Of a stretch of DNA of 64,000 nucleotides, positions 26,720-38,549 are shown in pieces. The stretch comes from Mobula hypostoma. Lineage: Eukaryota. How positions within the stretch are numbered: the first letter of the stretch is position 1; each line of letters starts with the position of its first letter. Made by a program: the position numbers and the translations under genes. Where the stretch lies: NCBI RefSeq assembly GCF_963921235.1, contig NC_086097.1:203362001-203426000 (forward strand), written 5' to 3'. The notes below the pieces were generated by a model. That model saw only the letters and a list, made by a program, of their open reading frames with translations, did no database searches and was not told the DNA's origin.

Positions 26720-27035
26720 TGACGAGCCTAAATTTGAACACATTGTGACGTGAAATTTGTTAATTTAGCAACAGCAGTTCAATGTAATACATAATCTAGC
26801 AGAGAGAGAAAAAAATAATAAATAAAACATAATAATAAATAAGTAAATCAATTACGTATATTGAATAGATTTTTTAAAATGTGGAAAAACAGAAATACTG
26901 TATATTAAAATAAGTGAGGTAGTGTCCAAAGCTTCAATGTCCATTTAGGAATCAGATGACAGAGGGGTAGAAGCTGTTCCTGAATTGCTGAGTGTGTGCC
27001 TTCAGGCTTCTGTATCCATAACAGAGTGAGAAAAG
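26720..27035 (-). mobile_element. Rex1-type 3' UTR fragment
   Basis: Matches 6260-6520 (gtccatttaggaat, aagctgttcctgaat, gtgtgccttcaggcttctg). Confidence 0.75.
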
Positions 27036-30000
27036 TATTTTTAATGGGTATTCTTTGGGATATATCCAGTAGCATTGATTAAAATCTCCAAAGGACTGGA
27101 ATAAACAATTTTAGCAAATAAAAAACGTATATTTGGTGTTTGGTTTTATGTTCTCCAGTAGCTGCTGTTTTCACTAGTTACAAGGTGATAGATCAGACAT
27201 AGCACATAAACCAGACAGACTTGCGCCAAAGTATTAGCCTGTAAAAAGAAAATTATTTGAAAGGTGCCCTGATAAACACTGCTTTCTTGGCAATTTATTC
27301 AGTCTTCATGGAACTGAATACTAGCATGATTTGCAGCTTTCAAGAAAGTCAGGAATTATGATGGACTTTTTGATTCTGAGAGAATTCAAAGGTGAAGTTA
27401 CAATAGGAATGTGGTTCTGCAGTAGAAGATCAGATGGCCTACTGCTTCTATTTCTCCTTTTCAGCTATTCTTAACTATGAGAAAAAAACTTTCTGTGTGA
27501 ATTCTATTCAAAGAGGAGTCCCCCCCCCCATACAAATGAACAAGGATATCTGTACTTAATACATGAACCTTGTTAATTCATTAGTACATTCAATGGAAGG
27601 TTACTGGATATAATCTGGTCAAGTCACTCGTCTGAGTGCTACTGGTACCATGTAACCCAGTACTACCTGTGGCATGGTCGGGTGGTGGGCTTGCCTGGTG
27701 AGGGGGGTGGCTAGACACCCTGCAGGACGAAAAACAAGACCTGTCAAAGGGCGGATTAACCCTCTCGTAGGGTCAACGGCCATCTAGCAAACACGTGTCA
27801 TGAAGAGTGGAAAGGGCATCCCTTCCATCAGAGCTTGGTCTGGCCATTCACTGCAACAGAACTTCCCCCAGCCGTCTTGGACCCCACCATGCCACTGGAT
27901 CCGGGAGGGGATGTTGAGAGGGTGGGTCTGGACCTGTGCAACTCCCTCCTCACTTAAAATCCACTCACACACACTGTTCCTTTCTGAGGAGTGGGGTACC
28001 ACCCCACTAATTGACTGAAAGGAACCATCATCATTTTATGGGGTGGATAGCCAGAAAGAGAGAGAGACTGGATATATGAAAAATGGTAGTTGATCCATTA
28101 TTTGTCTGCTGCATCTTACCATGGAGTGTTTGTCAGTGATGGGCATATTTGCGTCCTTCCCAAGTTCCAGAAATCAATTATTTTTGACATTCTTTCCTTT
28201 CGTTTTCCTTATTAGTAGTATCATAAAAATCTGTATTTCCATGTACACGAGGAAAAAGCTGCAAAAATATTTACTGGTGTAAAATTTTTCTAAGTATTAA
28301 AATGTAGAATGATTAAAATTTAGTTGTTTCAAATTTTAATACTTGCAAAAATATTTACCTGATGTCACAAGGTAGGAAAATAATGAAGTGTGAGAAAACC
28401 TCCCTATAACAACCATAATAAATCTCTGAGCTTCTATTTCTCATTGGCAGAGTGAACTAAAGCATCTTTTAAAATATCTGGTCACTTTAAAGTAGAAATG
28501 TTAGAAAGGATATATTACAGTTAAGTAATAATCTTATGTGTTCGTGTTTATGTGTCATTAGCACTAAAGTCCAGTTCAAACTGATGAAATGAAAATGGTA
28601 TTTGCCTATTAACATTTAATGTATTGTGTGGAACTAGGCCAATTATCTTTAACCAAATCAATAAACAAAAGGGAAAGAACATGTGTCTAAATGAGTGGCT
28701 TTTTACACATAATTTTGAGTAACATTAGTTGGTCATGGTTAAAAAGCTTTACTCCCATGTTTAGTTGTGTTTAATCTAATTTAAAGAGAATCTGATGGTA
28801 CAATTGGGTGCCTGAAAACAGAAATCTTTAATTCCCTTATCATAATGTTTTTTTCTCTTGGAAAAACAAGTGACATTTGTTATTTTAGCAACTCAATTAT
28901 TTTTTACTTTAATAAGATATTTTGAACTCCCTCTGTTGCATGATTTTCCATTCACTGGAAAATCTGGGATATTGTTCTTTAAACTTTATATCTAGTCCTC
29001 TGTTTTGCACTCTAAGGACATAAGAAATTGAGGCTTACAAAGGTTTATTCCCAGGAAAATTTACATCTTGCTTGTGATTAGAATCAGAAGAAAACCCAAC
29101 TAGGACATGCTGCCATTCACTTATTCATAGTCCCTGTGTATTTATATTGTTGGACAATGGGGAGGGGCGGGAGGGGGTGGGTAAAAAGATTGACAGCATG
29201 GGAACCAAGGCACTGATTAAAGCCTTTTAAAACCTTCCCTTCTCCACGATTGCTCCATTTCTATAAATTCCCACAGACATCAGGGTGTTTTCTACAAAAT
29301 TACTTAAATTGCAATGCAAATTCTAACACATTATCATATCTTGATAACGTGTCGAGCTGTTAATTACTCGAATGAACAACTTGAATCAGAGAATGGGATC
29401 AAGTGCTTAAATGGACAAAAATCCTTGAAAACTCAATTACAGCAGGAGATAAACTATCAAGGCTAACTTCATGAGACAGCACTCAATTATCTATAAATAA
29501 GCAGTATAAGTGCACTAATTTTTTCAACAGGACACCTAAAAAAAACTAGTGAGTGTGGAAGCTATTATATCCCTCCCATAACCAAAGGAGGTAATGCAAA
29601 TACAAGAAAACTTGCCATTTATCATTATACGTAATATAAATCCACTGTAAACTTATAGTTGAGCTTATTTATTCAAAACACAATGATCCATCATGATAAT
29701 ATAAATCAGTTTACACTAAGGCTAATTTAACATGAATACCATCCAGAGCAAATAGCTTTCAGTCCAGACAGTGAATAAACAAAGTTCACCACATATTTCT
29801 TCCTGAATGCCCCTATTATTGCTAGTGCATATTCACAATAAAGTATAGGATTAAGTACGTTTAATAGGAAGAAATTGTTTTGAATGCTTATTTTAATTGG
29901 CTAAAAGAGCAATATTGTCCAATGTTTTGTGAAAAAATATTATTACAAGGTTACTAAAACACTGTCACAAGGATTAGAAGATGCAGTGCCTGCTTTTTTT

Positions 30001-31031
30001 AAAAGTAGCAAATCACAGAAGTGCTCATTTCCAGAAGATTTCCCACCCACTGGGTAAGGGACCAGGCAGTTCCAGGCTCCAGTTGCCTTGGTGTTGTTTC
30101 AGTGGCATTTGCACATGTACTTAACCTGCACAATTCTCAACAGAAATTGATGCCATAGTGTGCAACCTCTGACCAATACTACTAAAACATTGGGCCAAGT
30201 TGTCCAAGAGCTGTGAATTAAAGGACTGATTAGGAAAACAATGTGTGCTATCTGGAGGTAGCTGACTAAGGTTTGATCACTGTGTATATTTGTTACATCA
30301 ATGATAGTCTTGGTGCTTATTTCTGACTTTCAAGATCATGCATAGGACAGGCATACAGTAACTTCTGCCTGAATAATAAGTCCACAGCTTGATGTGGGCA
30401 TAAGACTTGATCTATAAGGATGATCATGAAGAGGGGAGGATGTGTCCTTCTTCCTTCCCAAAGCACCCTATTAAGTTGCTCTGTTGTGACTGTCATGGGG
30501 AGTGTTCTTTAAGAATATAGCATGTTCCTGAAACTTCCTGTGGTAAAGATACAACAGCTACCACCAGAAGCAGTGAGGTCCTATTTTAATGTGTTTAGTA
30601 GTTGGAGAATTGCTGTAATAATTTTTAAAGGTAAGTGTCTCCAAGTGTGCAATTTTTATGGGGAAGCTGTGGGTTGCTATTGAATGCAATGTTTAATGTA
30701 CCAAATAAGACAAATAAATGTATTTTTTCAGTTCAAATGGGCCATTGTCTGTCAAAAAAGGAATATGCATGCACAGATAGCTTAGAATCTGTATTCTGGT
30801 GTAGATCAGAATACTCAGGATACTTTCCATCTTTAATGAGGCAGTTTGGCAAGGAATGTAGCATGAATTTTATGCGGTTTTTCTTTTAAGACAGACCCTC
30901 ATGACAGAATGTACACAGAAAAGTTTGGGTGGTGGTGGGGGGAGGCAGCAGTAAATTCCTACTTCCTCATGTGAAGCATTGAAAACCAGGGAATTTAGAA
31001 ATCAGGCTCATTGAAATTGAGACATCATTGA

Positions 31032-31503
31032 AACCTGATGGCATGAACATTGACTTCTCTAACTTCCGCTAATGCCCCACCTCCCCCTCGTACCCCATCC
31101 GTTATTTATTGTTATACACACATTCTTTCTCTCACTCTCCTTTTTCTCCCTCTGTCCCTCTGACTATACCCCTTGCCCATCCTCTGGGTTTCCCCCCCAC
31201 CCTTGTCTTTCTCCCTGGGCCTCCTGTCCCATGATCCTCTTATATCCCCTTTGCCAATCACCTGTCCAGCTCTTGGCTCCATCCCTCCTCCTCCTGTCTT
31301 CTCCTATCATTTTGGATCTCCCCCTCCCCCTCCCACTTTCAAATCTCTTACTAACTCTTCCATCAGTTAGTCCTGATGAAGGGTATCAGCCTGAAACCTC
31401 GACTGTACCTCTTCCTAGAGATGCTGCCTGGCCTGCTGCGTTCACCAGCAACTTTGATGTGTGTTGCTTGAATTTCCAGCTTCTGCAGAATTCCTGTCGT
31501 TTG
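31032..31503 (+). mobile_element. Penelope 3' fragment (ORF end, 3' UTR, pLTR)
   Basis: Begins with PDGMNIDFSNFR* and matches the reverse complement of 59742-60205. Flanking CATCATT repeat (31023-31029, 31504-31510). Confidence 0.9.
31366..31405 (+). ncRNA. Hammerhead motif with altered stem III
   Basis: GTTAGTC-CTGATGA-AGGGTATCAGCCT-GAAA-CCTC-GACTG. The ACGT palindrome is changed to ACCT. Confidence 0.65.
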
Positions 31504-32778
31504 CATCATTAAAATTTTCATTTGTTTCTCTGATCTGTATTCTAACTTTGGAAGAGTCTATACCAGAATCCCAGTGGGTCAAAAATTAATGCCATGAACA
31601 TCAGTTGCTTTATGTTTGTTTTTAGAATCAGAGCAGCAATCCCAATTTAGAATCCCAATCCTCATGTGAGATTTTGACTTGAAATGTTGACAATTCCTTT
31701 CTTCCCACAGATGCAGTTCGACTCACTATGTTCATCCAACACATTGTTGCTTCAGATTCCAGCATCTGTAGTCTTTTGTGATCGCAGTATAGATACTTTG
31801 ACATCCACTGCTTTATGGTTTATTTATATTGTTTAATGAAATCAAATCCATGGTTGCTTTGCCCACATATAAAGCTAGAATTCTATAAAGTTACTCCTAA
31901 CTTTTCCCATACCAAACTAAGACACTGTATTTTTTTCTCACATAATGTTACAATAACTCAATATTGTAAAACTTCTTTCCCAACACTATTGCTTTCAGTG
32001 ATCAAAAAGAGTATTCAACCTTTAGAGAATAGCAGCAAGTTTCATGAAGGTAACAGGATTAATTTGATAACTAAAATAAATTATAGCATATTTTAGATGC
32101 CTTTTTTATCTATGGGCCATTTGATGTTCTCATTCTGTGGATGGAGAAGTAATGTGAGAAACACAATCATTCAAAACTGAAAGAAACTGTTTGCAACTAT
32201 AGTTTGCATTCAAACCATTTTCAACATTTAACATGAGAATTTAATTTAAGTAAATATTGCTATTTCATGTGACAATATACATATAATAATGCTGCCAAAG
32301 TTCAATCAGTCATAGTTAATATTAATTTTCTCGGAGTAAGTAAGAAAGTTGATCACTTCTGCGCAGCATGATTTATGTTGCTTTCCATGGAAGGTCATTG
32401 CACATGGCTTATACTGTACTTTTCCTCCCTACTAGAATGCATTCATTAATTCATTTGGTTTTGACATTTATCTTTGATTGACAGTTTACGCCTGCCTTAT
32501 TATTATAGTTCTGCTGACAAAATGCCATCATCAGCTTAGCTATCTACTAGGCACCTGACAAATGAGAGAAGGGCATGGTTGTAGTCTATCTGTTAGTCGG
32601 AAGGAAAGTGCATTTACCAATTCAGGAAACAGTTTTTGATATTTAAGTTAAAATGTAAACTTGATACAGGAAGAGGGATGAAAAGCTCTTAATCAGTATT
32701 TTATTTTGATTGTTCGACTCGATGCAAAACTGATAAGAAAATAAATAAATATGAACTTTCAACAAGGTTAAAACATAT

Positions 32779-32822
32779 GCTGCCTGGCCTGCTGCGTTCC
32801 ACCAGCATTTTGTGTGTGTTGC
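32779..32822 (+). mobile_element. Penelope pLTR micro-insertion (~45 bp)
   Basis: gctgcctggcctgctgcgttccaccagcattttgtgtgtgttgc matches the pLTR tail. 11-bp TSD TTAAAACATAT (32768-32778, 32823-32833). Confidence 0.85.
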
Positions 32823-33841
32823 TTAAAACATATTTCTTGCTTTTTTGAAAATATGAAGAGTAAAAGTTTGTGATTAATGTAAAAATTGAAAAGGCATCTA
32901 AGAAGATATATATATGAAGCTTTTTCCCCACTTCAAGTATAGTTGCAAGTGTTTTAGATTTGGTTTGTGAATAATTTGTTTCTGAAGAAGATGGAAAATA
33001 GGAAGTAAATATAAAAGTTCAATTAAAGTCATCAGGATATTTGGTGAGAAGTGTTTACTCCTATGCATATTTGAGAGGAGCCAATTCATAAGAATCGGTA
33101 GAAATCCAGGGTCATATTGTTCTCATGATAATATTCTGTCTGTTAAAGAATTCCACTGTCCTGGTGGCTTTTGGTTCAGATGTTCTTTGACCACTTTTAC
33201 TAACATACATTTTTCTTTAGGCTGACAGAGAAAATCAGATTCTTGGTTAATATATTGTACAGTGTATATTGCAGATGTGTTACACCTTTTTCTTCCAGTG
33301 CAAAACGTTTTGCCTTAAATAAAAATTAATTCTTACCTAAATCCTATTCACTTCTCTGATTTATCAAACTGGCAACAACACAACAATGAAATAAAATGAT
33401 AATATAGTCTGCTATTAACAAATAATAAAAAATGTACAATATTCACACCTTTCCATTATCCTAGACAACATTGTTATATTTGGGCAAGTGCTCAGATTGT
33501 TGTAGTTATAAGTACAACTTTTATTTCCAGTCCCATTAGAATATACTATTAAAAATAATATAGGATCAGAAGCAAAATACAAAAGTTACAAAGTGCTTTT
33601 TCCAGCCCAGGATACTTCAAGTTTTCACTTTATAATGTGTCATTTTTACATTTATATATCAAGTCTGACTATTACCTTGGCACATATTACAATTACAGCT
33701 CAGTTTCAGTGATATGTGGATGGATAACTTGGAAATCTAGCTGCAAGTACTTGGCAGTTCAGTATAATTTGTGTGAATGCTACAAGTGTTGATTTTATGT
33801 AAAGGACTTTCAAAAGTATAATTGATCTTAGTTTAAGCCAA

Positions 33842-33950
33842 CCTTTTTATTAAGTCCTAACGAAGGGTCTCGGCCTGAAACGTCGACTGCGCCTCTTCCT
33901 ATAGATGCTGCTTGGCCTGCTGCGTTCACCAGCAACTTTGATGTGTGTTG
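33842..33950 (+). mobile_element. Penelope pLTR micro-insertion (~110 bp)
   Basis: Hammerhead plus downstream tail. 15-bp TSD CTTAGTTTAAGCCAA (33827-33841, 33951-33965). Confidence 0.88.
33853..33889 (+). ncRNA. Hammerhead motif with core mutation (CUGA>CUAA), probably inactive
   Basis: AGTC-CTAACGA-AGGGTCTCGGCCT-GAAA-CGTC-GACTG. Confidence 0.65.
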
Positions 33951-34093
33951 CTTAGTTTAAGCCAAGCTAGGTTGCTGTTAAGCTGTTTTCAGTTTCAATT
34001 TTAAAGTTCCTTTTAATACACTGTAATAACCTGCAGTATGTGTGACTATGAAATAGCTTCAATATTGCCAGATGTTTTTCTTCAATTCTGCAG

Positions 34094-34273
34094 GCTAAAT
34101 TTAGAGTTGTTTACAGCCAAAGACATCATGGAGCTTCAAGTAAAGGTCCTCCACCTGAAAGAAAAGGTGTCTGAACTGGCTGACCTTCTACTAGAGACAA
34201 CCCATGGTGGATTTCCTGTGATTTATCGGCCGGCACATGCCCAGGAGGAAGTATTCATAGGAAATATCACCAG
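34094..34273 (+). CDS. CLC gene exon, CBS1 domain
   Basis: Acceptor ttctgcag|G, donor ACCAG|gtgagt. CA+G completes Gln with the previous exon. Translates LNLELFTAKDIM...ETTHGGFPVI...FIGNIT(R), with CBS1 motifs HGGFPV and G-I-TR. Confidence 0.93.
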
Positions 34274-36184
34274 GTGAGTAGGCTTTTGTGTTAAAACCAT
34301 GCCACATACTGCTAGGATAAACGTTCATGAAATGGTTTGACATTTTTTTGTTTTCAACAGTAAGGTACCACTAGCAGCTGGTGGTAGCAACTATCATGTC
34401 ATGAGTGTTTCAAATCTAAATTTAAACCACAGTGCTTGGTAAAGCATGATTTCAATTTATCATACTGTCGTTATTCAAAGGAACTGATTGTACAAAATAC
34501 CTGAAATATTAAACCAATGACTATAAATTAATAAAGTTTAAACAATTTTCAGGAAACAGTCATACGCAATGGGTTTGTAGCAATTGGAATGCATTATTAA
34601 CAACTTACTTCACAGGACTCTAACTGTAGTATGCAATAATGTGTTCTCCTCATTGATATGTTTCAGGAGTCAGTAAATACTCCTTCAGGATTCCACAAAC
34701 AAAAAAAACCCATATCTTATGGATGTGCAAATCAATGGAAATTAAATTCTGTTAATCCTAACCAATATTGTAATGCATCACTAATGTCCAATGTTATTTT
34801 TGTTAGGTTTGAAAATGTGTTGTAGGGCCTGGCATTCAACCAATTGGATCTGAATTGTAAAAAACAACCCAGCAATAAAAGTGAAAACAGCAAAACCATG
34901 TAATTACGACAATGGCCGCAAAATGTTTGATAATATATCTTTATTCTTGCATTTATGCTTGTTTCATTCCATGTTCAATTGTGGCAGAATAGATTAAGTC
35001 TACAGTCAAGACTTTACAGATATGTCTCATGATCCACAATCTGCCAACAATTTGTTTGCTTTTTTTAATGCTTCGTTGTTTTCTCTATTCATTGCTTTCT
35101 TTCCCTTTTCTTTTACTAATTTTAACTTAGAGGGGAGGAAATAAACCCTGCGGCAAGCATCTGTGAATCTCATCAGGATGTCTATAGAACAGTTTAGGGA
35201 TAAATCTTTTCTTGAAAAGGAAAGATGCATGTTGATAACACACTGTTATATCATCAAGATGTCTCAAATGACCATCCGAGTAAATTCTTTTTTTTAAAGG
35301 TACTCTAGGGAAAACTGCAGACAGTGTGATTGTGGTTGTAACTAACATCAGCAAAAAGAGAGGCACTACTTAACAAGATGAAGTACAAGCCAGGGTCTCA
35401 ACATGGGTCTTACTGCTCACATAATGTCACAGGATTTTATCAGCAGCCAGTCAAGTCTTCAGTTTCAGCTGAGGTCAAGGATACAAATGATAAATGGCAC
35501 TGGATTAGGCCATTCAGCTAAACAAGTCTGTGCTGGCATTTTGTTTCTCTTGGTATTCCTCCCATCCTTCCTCAACCCAGTCAATTCTCTTTATTCTCTA
35601 ACAGCACAATGATACACTGATAAATTTGCACTAAAGTGGACTTCTGTCTATTTTTGTTCTAATTGTGTTCTTTCTTGCAAAAACTGGGTATAATTTATGT
35701 CTGATTTCTGCTTTTTTTGTGAATGCTATTTATATATTGCCTGTGCTGCTGCTTCATGTGAGTTTTTCATTGCACCCTGTGTATAGTTTTTGCATATGAC
35801 AATACATTCAACTCTGAACTTTTGAACTTCGGTTTGAAAGTGAATTTGTATTATTCATTTCAACTTCCTCTGGCAGAAAGTTCCATACTTTCACTAATCT
35901 TTGGTTAAAAAATTTTTTCTAAATTTCCTGCAGGAAGTTTTGGTGACTATCTTGTAATTACGATCTATCCTCCAAGTGGTAACTTCCCCTTTTGATATGC
36001 TCTGTGAAAATCTTTATAATTTTAAAGGCATGTATTAAGTCATCATTTAGCTTTCTTTTCCATGAAGAAAGAGACCCAATCTGATCAACCTTTTGAGCTG
36101 TATATATATGTTCACATATCTGTTACTAGCTTTGTAATTCTTCTCTGCACTTCCTCTTCTGCCTGTACATCTTTCTATGTTTCT

Positions 36185-36462
36185 ATGTACTTGATGTTGC
36201 ACTCTAAGAAGCATATGATACTTCACAAATCAACCAAATGATTCCAATGGCATGGAAACCACAACGATTGGAGCTGATGGATTTGTTGCAGCCTTTGTCC
36301 ACCTTCACAGACATTGAGTTCAAAGTAACTTCATCCGCCTGTTCCACCGTTGAGGTCTTGGTTGGATTGTTCTTTGTCAGGGACCTCACCCTCGACCTTA
36401 CCGCCATGGGTGACCCTACCAGGAGCATAGCTCCAGACGGCATCGCTCCCGGGATCTCAGAG
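36185..36462 (-). mobile_element. Probable RTE-type 5' region fragment
   Basis: ccgccatgggtgaccctaccaggagcatagctcc pattern, recognised from memory only. Confidence 0.4.
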
Positions 36463-36954
36463 TAGGTTACATGGTCGGCACAACATTGTGGACTGAAGGG
36501 CCTGTAATATGCTGTAAATTTCTATGTTCTATAATACCATGGGCTTATCTTGCTAAGCACCCTCGTCTGGCACTTTGTCAAAGGAAATTTTGAGTGACAT
36601 CATTATAATTTGGCATGAGCAATGAGTCAAAAACAGATGTGCAATGTGAACAGTACGCTATGATGTCATATCATAACTTCTATCATTTCAGCTGAAGATG
36701 GACGGCATATATTTCAAGCTTTTGTTTTGTTTTATAATTACTTCCTGTTTTATGGTCCCATCTATTGGAGCATAAGGCTGGAACTCAGTGGCATAATAGA
36801 GAATGAAACTATCTGCAGAACTATATTTTCATGGACCAATTATCCAAAAAGCTTCAAGGGAATTAACAATTAATAATTATTAATTTGCAAATTAGATAAA
36901 TCTCTGCACGGCATTTTGTTATATTCTGCTCAAATGCTGGCTAGATATTCTGTG

Positions 36955-38545
36955 AGGATACGGAGATGGGTAGGGAAAGGATAAGGATGGCAGCAGTGAT
37001 AGGGGACTCTATAGTTAGGGGGTCAGATAGGCAATTCTGTGGACGCAGGAGAGAAACGCAGATGGTAGTTTGCCTTCCAGCTGCCAGGGCCGGGATGCTT
37101 CTGATTGCATCCATGATATCTTGAAGTGGGAAGGAGAATAGCCAGAGATCGTGGTACATATTGGTACCAACGGCATAGGTAGGAAAAGGGAGGAGGTCCT
37201 GAAAAAAGACTATAGCGAGTTAGGAAAGAAATTGAGAAGCAGGACCTCAAAGGTAGTAATCTCCGGATTATTGCCTGTGCCCTGTGACAGTGAGTATAGG
37301 AATAGAATGAAGTGGAGGATAAATGCGTGGCTGAGGGATTGGAGCAGGGGGTAGGGATTCAGATCTCTGGACCATTGGGACCTCTTTTGGTGCAGGTGTG
37401 ACCTGTACAAAAAGGATGGGTTGCACTTGAATCTGAGGGGGACCAATATCTTGGCAGGAAAGTTTGCTGAGGCTATTGGGGAAAGTTTAAACTAGAAATG
37501 CTAGGGGGTGGGAACCAAACTGAAGTGATGGAGGAAAGGGAGGTTGGGTCACAAATAGAGAAAGTTTGGAAACAGTGCAAAAGGGAGGATAGGCAGGTGA
37601 TAGAGAAGGGATGCACTCAGTCCGATGATTTGAGATGTGTCTACTTTAATGCGAGGAGTATCATGAATAAAACGGATAAGCTTAGAGCGTGGATCAGCAC
37701 TTGGAGCAATGATGTTGTGGCCATTACAGAGACTTGGATGGTGCAGGGGCAGGAAAGGCTACTTCAAGTGCCAGGCTTTAGGTGTTTCAGAAAGGACAGG
37801 GAGGGAGGCAAAAGAGGTGGGGGTGTGGCACTGTTGATCAGAGATAGTGTCACGGCTGCAGGAAAGGAGAAAGTCATAGAGGGGTTGTCTACGGAGTCTC
37901 TGTGGGTGGAAGTTAGGAATAGGAAGGGGTCAATAACTACTGGGTGTTTTTTATAGACAACCCAATAGTAACAGGGACATCGAGGAGCAGATAGGGAGAC
38001 AGATTCTGGAAAGGAGTAATAATAACAGGGTTGTTGTGGCGGGAGATTTGTGGAAACCATAGAAAGTGTGCAGAGGAGATTTACAAGGATGTTGCTGGAT
38101 TGGGGAGCTTGCCTTATGAGAATAGGTTGAGTGAACTCAGCCTTTTCTCCTTGGAGCGACAGAGGCTGAGAGATGACTTGATAGAGGTGTACAAGATAAT
38201 GAGAGGCATTGATCATGTGGATAGTCAGAGGCTTTTCCCCAGGGCTGAAATGGCTAGCATGAGAGGGCATAGTTTTAAGGTGCTTGGAAGTAAGTACAGA
38301 GGAGATGTCAGGGGTAAATTTTTTACGCAGAGAGTGCTGAGTGCATGGAATGGGCTGCTGGCGACGGTGGTGGAGGTGGAAACGATAGGGTCTTTTAAGA
38401 GAATCCTGGATGGGTACATAGAGCTTAGAAAAATAGAGGGCTATGGGTAAAGCCTAGGTAGTTCTAAGGTAGGGACATGTTTGGCACAGCTTTGTGGGCT
38501 GAAGGGCCTGTATTGTGCTGTATGTTTTCTATGTTTCTATGTTTT
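36955..38545 (+). mobile_element. CR1 LINE with large internal deletion (ORF1 esterase, endonuclease start, 3' end)
   Basis: VIGDSIVRG, VHIGTNGIG, YFNARSIMNK, VAITETW, then RLRDDLIEVYKI; (TTTCTATG)n tail. Confidence 0.88.
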
Positions 38546-38549
38546 TCTG

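Noticed and set aside
34038..34093. ATG-initiated N-terminal extension of the CBS1 ORF
   Set aside because: Intronic sequence upstream of a good acceptor. The splice phase matches the exon at 2801-2967.
35027..35366. Minus-strand ORFs suggesting a signal peptide, dibasic site and CRH/urocortin-like peptide (LSLNCSIDIL...ANKLLADCG)
   Set aside because: The two parts are in different frames, the first starts at GTG, the spacing is too long for the CRH family, and no proper amidation signal follows. Most likely chance.
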